64,000 nucleotides of DNA from an uncultured Acidobacteriota bacterium (GTDB lineage: Bacteria > Acidobacteriota > Thermoanaerobaculia > Multivoradales > SZUA-115). Shown here in pieces: positions 35,216-44,035 of the stretch (its first letter is position 1; every line of letters starts with the position of its first letter). The position numbers and the translations under genes were made by a program. The stretch is taken from positions 544,001 through 608,000 of the forward strand of contig CAWDVR010000003.1 in assembly GCA_963805975.1 (NCBI GenBank). The letters are read 5' to 3'. The notes below the pieces were generated by a model. That model worked only from the letters and a program-made list of their open reading frames with translations. It did not search any database and had not been told where the DNA came from.

Positions 35216-37336
35216 GTGAAGAAGCGTGATCAATTGTTCTCGATGATTGCGGCGCTCGCTCCAGTTTTTGTTCTTTTTGTGACTGCAAACGAGAAAACGT
35301 TTGCAGTTCCCGCTGCAGCGCGGCCGAACCTGCTGCTCGTCACGCTCGACACCACTCGCGCGGACCACCTCGGCGCCTGGGGTTGGCGCGATGCGAGGAC
35401 GCCGAACCTCGACGCCCTCGCCGCGCGCGGCACCCGTTTCTCCCGCTGCGACACCGCGGCGCCGATCACCCTTCCCAGCCACTCGACGATCCTCTCCGGC
35501 CTCTTTCCGCCGCGTCACGGCGTGCGGGACAACGGCACCTTCGTGCTCGACGCCAAGGTCGAAACCGTGGCCGAGAGCCTGGGAGCGCGCGGCTACGACA
35601 CCGCGGCCGTGGTCTCGGCGGTGGTGCTCGCGCGGCGGCACGGGCTCGACCAGGGCTTCCGCCTCTACGACGACGATCTGGGAGGCGGCTACGCGGCCGG
35701 CACCGAGGTCTCCGAGCGCCAGGCCGAGGCCGCCACCGAGGCGGCGCTCGCCGCGCTCGGCCGCCTGAAGCCGCCGTTCTTCCTCTGGGTCCACTACTTC
35801 GATCCGCACGAGGAGTACCGGCCGCCGACCCGGTTCGCCGACACCGCGAAGGGGCCGCACCGGCTCTACGACGGCGAGATCACCTACATGGACTCCGAGA
35901 TCGGCCGCCTGCTGGCGCGCCTGCCCGCGGACACCTCCGTGGTGGTGGTGGGCGACCACGGCGAGATGCTGGGCGAGCAGGGCGAGACCTCGCACGGCCT
36001 GCTGCTCGCGCCCGGCGCGCGGCGGGTGCCGCTGATCCTCGCCGGACCGGGCGTGCCGGCGAAGACGACCTCCGACTGCCTGGTGCGCACGGCCGACGTG
36101 GCGCCCACCCTGCTCGGCCTCGCGGGGGTGCCCCCGGCCGCCGGGCTCGACGGCCTCTCGCTGCTCCCGGTGCCCGGCGGGGCAGGCTGTGACCGGCCGA
36201 GCTACAGCGAGAGCTTCCTGCCCTTCTTCGCCTACCGCTGGTACCCACTGCGGTCGCTCTCGGACGGCAAGCTCCTCTTCCTACAGGCACCCAAGCCTTC
36301 CCTCTTCCGGCTCGCGGGCGACCCCGCGGAGACCCGCGATCTGGCCGCGGCCGAGCCGGCGCTCGCGCGTGCCTGGGGCGAGCGGCTGGCGGGCCTGCTC
36401 GCCGCTGCGGGGGAGAAGGTCGAGACCCGTGTCGAACCGCAGAACGTGCTCACCGCCGACCAGCGGCGGCAGCTCGAGAGCCTCGGCTATCTGGGCGGCG
36501 CGGTTGGAGGAGGCGGCACGACCGCGGCGGTGGTCTCCGCCGATCTGCCGGACCCGCGGCAGATGACGCAAGTGGCGCTCGACCTCCACGAGGCCGCCCG
36601 CAAGGTGCAGGAGAACCGCTTCCGGGAGGCGCTGCCGGTGCTCTCCGCGATCGTCAAGCGGGACCCGCACAACTTCCCCGCGCTGTCGCTCGCCGGGCTC
36701 TGTCTCAAGGAGACGGGCAAGCTCGAGCCGGCGCTCGCCCTGCTCCAGCAGGCGAGCCGCGAGAACCCGCTCTCCGCCGTGCCGGTGGCGAACGCGGCCG
36801 GCGTGCTGATGGCCCTGGGACGCAAGGCCGAGGCCGAGCGCGAGTACCGCCACGCCCTGGCTCTCGACGCCTCGCAGCCGGCGGCGGCCTCGAACCTCGC
36901 GCGCCTGCTGCGCGAGCGCGGGGCGGGCCGGGAGGCGCTCGCCGTGCTCGACGGCGCGCTCGCCGCCGGCGCCTTCTCGCCGGAGCTCCACCTCGAGCGC
37001 GGCGTGACCCTGGCCGAGGCGGGGCGCCTGCCGGAGGCCCTCGGGAGCTTCCGCGAGGCGGCCCGCAGGAACCCGACCGACCCCGTGCCGCTCGAGAACG
37101 CCGCCCGCGCCGCCTACCAGCTCGAGCGCTTCCGCGAGTCCGCGCAGTTCTACGAGCAGCTCCTGCGGCTCGCGCCCAACCGCCTGGAAGCCTGGAAGGC
37201 CCTCGGCGCGATCTACCTCTACAGCCTGGACGAGCGGCCGGCCGCCCTGACGGCCTTCCGCCGCGCGCTGACGCTCGAGATCGATCCGGCCGAGAAGGCG
37301 AAGCTCGTCGAGGTGATCGACGAGCTGGGGGGCTAG
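35216..37336 (+). CDS. Sulfatase-like hydrolase/transferase with C-terminal TPR repeats
   Basis: LLVTLDTTRAD, TPNLD, TLPSH, HYFDPH, YDGEI, GDHGE, LESLGY, then TPRs. Confidence 0.92.
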   Translation: MKKRDQLFSMIAALAPVFVLFVTANEKTFAVPAAARPNLLLVTLDTTRADHLGAWGWRDARTPNLDALAARGTRFSRCDTAAPITLPSHSTILSGLFPPRHGVRDNGTFVLDAKVETVAESLGARGYDTAAVVSAVVLARRHGLDQGFRLYDDDLGGGYAAGTEVSERQAEAATEAALAALGRLKPPFFLWVHYFDPHEEYRPPTRFADTAKGPHRLYDGEITYMDSEIGRLLARLPADTSVVVVGDHGEMLGEQGETSHGLLLAPGARRVPLILAGPGVPAKTTSDCLVRTADVAPTLLGLAGVPPAAGLDGLSLLPVPGGAGCDRPSYSESFLPFFAYRWYPLRSLSDGKLLFLQAPKPSLFRLAGDPAETRDLAAAEPALARAWGERLAGLLAAAGEKVETRVEPQNVLTADQRRQLESLGYLGGAVGGGGTTAAVVSADLPDPRQMTQVALDLHEAARKVQENRFREALPVLSAIVKRDPHNFPALSLAGLCLKETGKLEPALALLQQASRENPLSAVPVANAAGVLMALGRKAEAEREYRHALALDASQPAAASNLARLLRERGAGREALAVLDGALAAGAFSPELHLERGVTLAEAGRLPEALGSFREAARRNPTDPVPLENAARAAYQLERFRESAQFYEQLLRLAPNRLEAWKALGAIYLYSLDERPAALTAFRRALTLEIDPAEKAKLVEVIDELGG

Positions 37337-38118
37337 AGCATCCGGCCGGCGAGCTCTTTCACCAGCTTCGCCGCCACCGCGGCCGTGACTCCCAGCGGGT
37401 CCCGGCTCGGGTTGAGCTCCACCACGTCGACACCGACCAGGGGGCCCGGCGCGCGCTGGATCAGCTCCAGCACCTCGCGCACGGTGAGGCCGCCGGGCTC
37501 GCGGTGCGCCACGCCCGGCGCGAACGCCGGGTCGATGCCGTCGAGATCGATCGAGATGTAGAGCGGCCCGCTGAGGTCGGGGCGGGCTCCGGCCTGCCAG
37601 GCGGGCATGTCGATCGTCTCCACACCGAAGCGTTCCGCCTGCTCTCTCTGGTGCTTCGTCCCAGCGCGGATCCCTACCTGCACGAGCCGCGAGGCGAGGC
37701 CCTCCTCCATGATCCTGGCGAACGGGCAGGCGTGCGAGAACCGGTCGCCCTCGAACTCGTCGTAGAGGTCGGGGTGCGCGTCGACGTGGAGGATCGAGAC
37801 CGGCCCCAAGAGCCTCGCCACAGCGCGCACCACGGGGTAGGTCACCGAGTGGTCGCCACCCAAGGCGATCGGCCGCGCGTCGCTCGCGAGGAGCGCCGCG
37901 ATGCCCGATTCGATCACCGCCCGAGCGTCGGCCGGCTCGGGAAACGCGAGGTCGCCGGCATCGCCCAGTGGGCTGGTGTCCACGAGACCTTCGCTCCAGC
38001 GATTCCCGCCGGAAGAGTGCAGGATCTCCCGGATCGCCGCCGGCCCGGCCGCCGACCCGCGCAAGAAGGACGAGCTCCCGTCATACGGGAGCCCGATCAG
38101 TCGAGGAGCCGCCGCCAT
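37333..38118 (-). CDS. speB: Agmatinase / arginase family ureohydrolase
   Basis: GGDHS, DAHPD, SHACP, DLDGIDPAFAPG, VELNP. Confidence 0.85.
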   Translation of the reverse strand: MAAAPRLIGLPYDGSSSFLRGSAAGPAAIREILHSSGGNRWSEGLVDTSPLGDAGDLAFPEPADARAVIESGIAALLASDARPIALGGDHSVTYPVVRAVARLLGPVSILHVDAHPDLYDEFEGDRFSHACPFARIMEEGLASRLVQVGIRAGTKHQREQAERFGVETIDMPAWQAGARPDLSGPLYISIDLDGIDPAFAPGVAHREPGGLTVREVLELIQRAPGPLVGVDVVELNPSRDPLGVTAAVAAKLVKELAGRML

Positions 38119-38128
38119 GCCGGGACGC

Positions 38129-38575
38129 CTACTCCGCAGGCGGGGCCTCGGCCTCCGCTTCCTTCTGCCGCTCGGCCACCAGGCGGCGGAGCCTCTTCTC
38201 GTCGAAGCCGTGGATCACGGTGCCGTCGAAGTCGATCAGCGGCACCCCGGAGTAGCCGCGCCCCTTGGCCTCGTACTCCTCCCGGGCGGCGGCGCTCTTC
38301 TCGATGTCCTTGTCCTCGAACGGCTCGCCGAGCGCGGTGAGGAGCTCGCGGGTCTTCCGGCAATAGCCGCACCAGGTGGTGGTGTAGAGGACGATCGGTC
38401 CGGGCTCGTCGGCGGAGCTCGCGACCGCGGCAGAGCCCGCACCCCGGGTCTCGACCGCCCTGCCGTCGCGGGTCGCCAGCCAGTCGGCGTGGGCGGGAGC
38501 GAGAAGGGCTGCGAGGAATAGAGCTAAAAGACAGCACCCCATCCAGAGGTTCGCCGCGTGACCTGGTTTCGCCAT
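38129..38575 (-). CDS. Exported glutaredoxin-like protein
   Basis: Signal peptide (APAHA), LYTTTWCGYC, GVPLI, GFD; GGAGG before ATG 38575. Confidence 0.85.
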   Translation of the reverse strand: MAKPGHAANLWMGCCLLALFLAALLAPAHADWLATRDGRAVETRGAGSAAVASSADEPGPIVLYTTTWCGYCRKTRELLTALGEPFEDKDIEKSAAAREEYEAKGRGYSGVPLIDFDGTVIHGFDEKRLRRLVAERQKEAEAEAPPAE

Positions 38576-38649
38576 TCTCGCCTCCGTGATTCCGTTGGTC
38601 CGAGCTCGCGGGCATCCTATGCCTGGCCCGAGGTCTCCGCAAGATTCCA

Positions 38650-38678
38650 TTGACAGCACGCAGCCCGGGGTTTAGCTT
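38650..38678 (+). promoter_or_regulatory. Leaderless sigma70 promoter of the DUF2270 gene
   Basis: TTGACA-17 bp-TAGCTT, 6 nt before GTG 38685. Confidence 0.75.
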
Positions 38679-38684
38679 TCCGCC

Positions 38685-39389
38685 GTGCCCGAGCCGGAAC
38701 ACGCCTCGTTCGAGGACTATCCCCTCACCCGCATCGAGTACATCACCGCGGTGGTGCACTACTACCGCGGCGAGAGGAGCCGCACGGATGCCTGGCGGGC
38801 GCGGCTGGACCCCACCACCAACTGGGCGGTGGTGACCACCGGCGGCATGCTCTCCTTCGCGTTCTCGAGCGCGGAGCACTCGCACGTCACGCTGCTCCTG
38901 GGCAACCTCCTGGTGGTGATGTTCCTGGGCTTCGAGGCGCGGCGCTTCCGCTACTTCGACGTCTGGCGGGCGCGCGTGCGGATGATCGAGGAGAACTTCT
39001 TCCTGCCCATCTTCCGCCGCAACCTGGTGAGCCCCAAGTCCGGCTGGCGCGAGATGGTGGCCGCGGACCTGGACGAGCCGAAGTTCAAGCTCTCGGTGCT
39101 CGAGGCGGTCTCGATCCGGCTGCGCTTCAACTACGTATGGATCTTCCTCGTCATCCTGCTCGCCTGGCTCGCCAAGCTGGCGATGCATCCCTTCGAGGCC
39201 CGGAGCGCGGCCGAGGTCTACGAGCGGATGGCGGTCGGCCCAGCCGGCAGCTTCCTGGTGCTCGCGGCCGTCGTCGCCTTCTACTCGACAGTGATCTGGC
39301 TCGCCATCTGGGGCGGCCGCCACGGCCGCGGCTCGGACGAGGTCAAGGGCGTGCTGAAGACGAAAGAAATGGTGGAGTGGAAGACGTAG
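38685..39389 (+). CDS. DUF2270 family integral membrane protein
   Basis: HYYRGE...WRARLDPTTNWAV, EARRFRYFDVWRARVR. Confidence 0.88.
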   Translation: MPEPEHASFEDYPLTRIEYITAVVHYYRGERSRTDAWRARLDPTTNWAVVTTGGMLSFAFSSAEHSHVTLLLGNLLVVMFLGFEARRFRYFDVWRARVRMIEENFFLPIFRRNLVSPKSGWREMVAADLDEPKFKLSVLEAVSIRLRFNYVWIFLVILLAWLAKLAMHPFEARSAAEVYERMAVGPAGSFLVLAAVVAFYSTVIWLAIWGGRHGRGSDEVKGVLKTKEMVEWKT

Positions 39390-39563
39390 ATCTAGCCCTC
39401 AGCCAGTCTCCGGTTCCCAGCCGAAGCGGTGCTCGTCGGCGCTGAGCGGCTGGCCAGCGAGCGCCCCTCGAGCCGGGGAGCGAAGCTCTGGACCCTGGCC
39501 TCGGCCAAGGCGGCGAGGATCCCTGCTGGGACGGCGGCAGGGCGGCCCGCGATCGACACCCGC

Positions 39564-39905
39564 TCAGCCGAGATACGTCAGGAGGACGATCAGGAACCCG
39601 GCGACCGCCACCAGTGCATGGACCGCGATCAGGGGCTTGGGCAGCACCTTACCCTGGGCATGCAGCGCGAAGAGCACCAGCCCGCCGATCGCCGCCACCA
39701 CGAACAGGCCGATGGCGATCGGCAGGCGCCCGACCGCGCCGCCGGCCATCACCACCCGGATCACCACGACCAGGCCGAGCACCGCCAGCAGGCCGTGGAT
39801 CAAGGCCACCGCTATGGGCGGGGGGCTTCCCTGCCAGTGGCGCGAAGCCAGGTACAGGCCTCCCACGGCCGCGAGCGCAAACAGCAAGACGGCGTAGAGC
39901 AGCAT
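39564..39905 (-). CDS. Small four-TM membrane protein with internal duplication
   Basis: Two halves, FALAAVGGL...HGLLAVLG and FVVAAIGGL...HALVAVAG; SD AAGGAGGTGA. Confidence 0.85.
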   Translation of the reverse strand: MLLYAVLLFALAAVGGLYLASRHWQGSPPPIAVALIHGLLAVLGLVVVIRVVMAGGAVGRLPIAIGLFVVAAIGGLVLFALHAQGKVLPKPLIAVHALVAVAGFLIVLLTYLG

Positions 39906-39929
39906 GCTTCACCTCCTTGGGTTGCCGTC

Positions 39930-39978
39930 AAGGTAGTACTCGTCTCAAGAATATGCAAGAAAATAGCTGTAAAATTAT
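39930..39978 (-). promoter_or_regulatory. Sigma70 promoter with AT-rich UP-like element
   Basis: TTGCAT-17 bp-TACCTT on the minus strand; AT-rich tract 39959-39978. Confidence 0.65.
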
Positions 39979-40036
39979 GGGGGCCTGAGTCGTTCCGATC
40001 CGACCGAGGTCCAGAGATCCCTTCCCAGTGCTCAAC

Positions 40037-41038
40037 TCAATAGTTGAGCTTACCCTTCGCCTCCGCGATCGCCTCGTCGATCTTCTCGATCGAAAGGTTC
40101 TCGGTGCCGCGGCCGGCTGGATAGAAGCCCTGCCTGTACATGGGGAAGGTCTCGGTACGCAGGTGGGCGAGGGTCTGGTGGCCGCGGCGGGTGGCGCGCT
40201 CGTGGCGGAGAGCGGTGATGTCGATCGGGGCCACGACGATCTTCTCGCCGGCTCCAGGGTCGGCCTGGGCGAGGAGGCGGCCCTCGTAGTCCACCACCAT
40301 GCTGCCGCCCGGCCAGGAGAAGGGCGGGTAGTGGGAGAGGCTCGCGGCCTGGTTCGAGGCCACCACGTAGGCCACGTTCTCGAGCGCCCGGCAGCGGTTG
40401 ACCACCGTCCACCAGTCCATGGGCGCGGTGGCCCCCCAGGGGTCCATGTAGGCCGAGACGCGGATCAGCACCTCGGCGCCGTTGGCGGTGAGCTGGCGCA
40501 GCGTCTCCGGGAACAGCCAGTCGTAGCAGATGGCGCAGCCGAGCTTGCCGATCGGCGTGTCGGCCACCGGGTAGATCTCCTCGTCGTAGCCGGGGAGGTC
40601 GTGCGGGCTGGCGTGCACCTCCCAGGGGATCCACGGGTTCACCTTGCGGTACTTGGTGAGGATGCCCTCCGGGCCCACCAGGCAGGTGGCGTTGAACACC
40701 GCGCCGGGCCACTTGGGGTCGCGCTCGATGAAGGAGCCGGTCTGGATGTAGACGCCGAGCTCGCGCGCCTTGGCGACGTAGCGCTCGGTGTGCTCGTTCG
40801 GGATCTCGACGGCGAGCTTGTCGTCGAGCTCGCGGGCCGTCGAGTAGACCGGCGCCGCGTGCGCGAACTCCGGGAAGGTCAGGAGCTTCACCGGCAGGAA
40901 GGGCGCGTAGCCCTCGACCGCCATGTCGATCATCGCCAGCATGCGGTCGGTGTGCGAACGGATGCCGCCGCGCTCGGTGGGGTTGCCGAAATCGACCTGG
41001 CAGGCGGCGGCGGCGTAGCGGAGGGGCGGCTCGGCCAT
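40037..41038 (-). CDS. Nitrilase-superfamily carbon-nitrogen hydrolase
   Basis: Triad motifs FPE, YRK, ICYD; TATACT -10 and AGGAG upstream. Confidence 0.93.
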   Translation of the reverse strand: MAEPPLRYAAAACQVDFGNPTERGGIRSHTDRMLAMIDMAVEGYAPFLPVKLLTFPEFAHAAPVYSTARELDDKLAVEIPNEHTERYVAKARELGVYIQTGSFIERDPKWPGAVFNATCLVGPEGILTKYRKVNPWIPWEVHASPHDLPGYDEEIYPVADTPIGKLGCAICYDWLFPETLRQLTANGAEVLIRVSAYMDPWGATAPMDWWTVVNRCRALENVAYVVASNQAASLSHYPPFSWPGGSMVVDYEGRLLAQADPGAGEKIVVAPIDITALRHERATRRGHQTLAHLRTETFPMYRQGFYPAGRGTENLSIEKIDEAIAEAKGKLNY

Positions 41039-41224
41039 GGGCTCTCCTCGTGGGAGGCGGAGTATACGAGCCGCTCAGGGTTCGCTTTCTCCTCGGCGGG
41101 GCTTGGCATTTCCTCATACGTCGGCTCGCTGATCGAAGCTTCGCTATAGACTGCGCCGATCCCGGCTCCGGATCGAGACACGAGGGACGACCGCGGGCTC
41201 CGCGGGCCGGTGGGGGAGCACCCA

Positions 41225-42478
41225 ATGAGCGAGGCGGAGCGAGGGCAGTCGAGCGGGCGCGGGGGCGAGCTGGTGCCCCGTTTCGAGGACCAGGGCTACG
41301 AGCCGGAGGCGCTCGCGGCGCGCCGTGCCTGGATCGAGGAACGGACCGGTACGACCCTGCCCCTGGTGGGGGCGAGCGCCATCCCCAGCCGCGAGATGCG
41401 GGGCAACATCGAGAACCCGATCGGCGCCGTGCAGGTGCCGCTCGGCATCGCCGGCCCGCTCGCGGTCTCCGGCGAGCACGCGGACGGCACCTTCTACGTG
41501 CCGCTCGCCACCACCGAGGGCGCCGTGGTGCGCTCCTACGAGCGCGGCATGGTGACCCTGACGCGCGCCGGCGGCGCCACGGTGCGCATCGTCCACGACG
41601 AGAACCAGGTGGCCCCGGTCTTCCTGTTCGACGACGTCGAGAGCGCCATCGCCTTCGCCCGTGATCTGCCGCGCCAGCTCGAGGCCGTGCGTGCCACCGC
41701 CGAGGCCACCACCCGCCACGGCAAGCTGCTACGGCTCGAGGCGCTACCGCTCGGCCGTGAGGTGGTCGTGCAGTTCGTCTACTCGACGGGCGATGCGCAC
41801 GGCATGAACATGATCGTCAAGGCCACGGACGAGGCCTGCCGCGCGCTCCTCGAGCGGTCGGCGGCGCGGCGCTATCTGATCTTCTCCGGCGCCGAGTCCG
41901 AGAAGCGGGCGAGCGGCTCGCTCTTCGCCGGCGGCAAGGGCAAGAAGGTGGTGGCGGGAGCGCGCATCCCCGAGCGGCTGGTGCGGGCCTACCTCCGCAC
42001 CACCTGCGACGAGCTCGTCCAGATGTGGCACCACACCGTGCTCGGCCACCTCCAGGCGGGTACCCTCGGCTACAACGGGCACTATGCCAACGGCCTCGCC
42101 GCGCTCTCGATCGCCCTCGGCCAGGACGTCGCCAACCTCGCCAACGCGGCGGTGGGGATCACCCATCTCGAGCGCACGCCGGAGGGCGACCTCTACGCCA
42201 GCGTCACGCTGCCCTCGCTGACCCTGGCCACGGTGGGTGGGGGCACGGCCCTGGGCACGGCCCCGGAGTGCCTGGCGATGCTCGGCTGCCTGGGCCCCGG
42301 CAAGGCGCCGAAGCTGGCAGAGATCGTCGCCGCCACGCTCCTCGCCGGCGAGATCTCGATGGCCGCCGCCGTCGCCACGGGAGATCTGGTCGGCGCGCAC
42401 GAGGCCTATGGCCGCAACCGGCCGGAGGCGGCGGGCGCGCCGCCCGAGGTTGCGCCTCCCGGAGACCCGGGTACTTGA
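41225..42478 (+). CDS. HMG-CoA reductase (class I-like)
   Basis: ENPIG, VPLATTEGA, TGDAHGMNM, GQDVA, ATVGGGT, C-terminal His (GAHEAYGR). Confidence 0.9.
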   Translation: MSEAERGQSSGRGGELVPRFEDQGYEPEALAARRAWIEERTGTTLPLVGASAIPSREMRGNIENPIGAVQVPLGIAGPLAVSGEHADGTFYVPLATTEGAVVRSYERGMVTLTRAGGATVRIVHDENQVAPVFLFDDVESAIAFARDLPRQLEAVRATAEATTRHGKLLRLEALPLGREVVVQFVYSTGDAHGMNMIVKATDEACRALLERSAARRYLIFSGAESEKRASGSLFAGGKGKKVVAGARIPERLVRAYLRTTCDELVQMWHHTVLGHLQAGTLGYNGHYANGLAALSIALGQDVANLANAAVGITHLERTPEGDLYASVTLPSLTLATVGGGTALGTAPECLAMLGCLGPGKAPKLAEIVAATLLAGEISMAAAVATGDLVGAHEAYGRNRPEAAGAPPEVAPPGDPGT

Positions 42479-44035
42479 TGCGCCGCCTGTTCCGCCCCCT
42501 CGATCGCCCGCCCGAGGCGGCCTACGACGTGGTGATCATCGGCTCCGGCATCGGTGGCCTGGTCACCGGCAACCTCCTGGCGCGGGAGGGCCTCAAGGTG
42601 CTGATGGTCGAGCAGCACTACATGGCCGGCGGCTACTGCAGCACCTTCCAGCGAGCCCGCTACACCTTCGATGCCGCCACCCACTTCTACCCGCTGCTCG
42701 GCAACCCCGAGACCCTGACCGGCAAGCTCCTCGCCGATCTCGGGGTCGAGACCCAATGGGTGAAGATGGACCCGGTCGACACCTTCCATTTTCCGGACGG
42801 CTCGCGCTTCACGGTGCCGGCGGACTTCGAGACCTACCTCGCCCGCTTGCGGGCGGGGTTTCCGGAGGAGGTAGCGGCGCTCGACGGCTTCTTCGCCGAG
42901 GTGCGCCAGGCCTACCTCTTCGGCCTGATGCACTACTTCCGCGGCCGGCCGCTCGCGCAGTTGGGGCGCCTGGGCGAATACCGGCGGCTGACCGTGGGCG
43001 AGGTTCTGGACCGCACCTTTCGCAGCCCGAAGCTCAAGCTGCTCCTCACCGCCGACTGCCCGCACTGGGGCTCGCCGCCCGGGCCGCACCTCGTTCGTCT
43101 TCGACTCCATGCTGCGCCTCTCCTACTTCCTCGGCAACTACTACCCGCGCGGCGGCTCGCAGGCCTTCGCGGACGAGCTGGCGCGGCGCTTCATCGAGCA
43201 GGGCGGGCACCTGCTGCTGTCGACCTCGGCGCGGCGGGTGGTAGTGGAGGACGGGCGGGCCACGGGTGTCGAGCTCGAGGTGGAGCGCGGCCGTCTCCTG
43301 GCGCAGTACCGCGGCGGCCTGGTGAAGGCTGGGGTGGTGATCTCGAACGCCGACCTGGTCGAGACCTGCGACCGGCTGCTGGGGCCGCGGCACGTGCCGG
43401 CCTCTACCCTGGAGCGCCTGCGCCGGCTGCGGCCCACTTTCCCCTGCTGGCTGACGCACCTCGGGCTCCGAGGCGTGCCCGCCGCGGTGCTCGACGAGGC
43501 TCAAGGCTACTACTGGGACTCCTGGGACTTCGATCGCGTGGGCCGCGACGCGCTGCGCTTCAAGCTCTTCGTGCCCACGCTCTACGAGCCGGCCATGGCA
43601 CCGGACGGCGAGCAGGTGCTGATCGTGCAGAAGGTGCTCGACGTCGACTACGAGGCGGTCACCGACTGGGAGCGCCACAAGGCGGAGGTCGAGGCCTTCA
43701 TCTTCTCGAACCTCGAGCGCGTGCTGCCGGGGATCGGCGAGAAGATCGTCGTCAGGACGAGCGCCACCGCCCGCACCTCCTGGCGCTACACCCGCAACCT
43801 GAGGGGTGCCATGCTGGGCTGGGAGATGTCGCCGGACCAGCTCGGAGACGGCCGCCCGCCGCAGGATCTGGGCGTCGCCAACCTCCACTGCGTGGGCCAT
43901 TGGACCCAGCCGGGGGGTGGCGTGACGCCGGTGATCGTCTCGGCGCAGCAGGTGGCGGCCACGGTGCTGGCGGGGGCGAGTGTCACGAATCCTGCCGGCA
44001 GGCACATGAAGGAGTGGGAGATCGCCGAAAAATGA
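42478..44035 (+). CDS. Phytoene desaturase (CrtI)/retinol saturase-like FAD oxidoreductase; one +1 frameshift near 43082
   Basis: IIGSGIGGL, GGYCSTF, FD...H; after the shift YYPRGGSQ, SNAD, GHWTQPGGGV; removing one G from ggg restores PPGRTSFVFDSMLR. Confidence 0.88.

Noticed and set aside
39390-39563. Short minus-strand ORF (about 55 aa) between DUF2270 and the small membrane protein
   Set aside because: No RBS, motif or clear codon bias; cannot be supported
41225-44035. Complete carotenoid or mevalonate gene cluster
   Set aside because: No phytoene synthase, GGPP synthase or other mevalonate genes in the window
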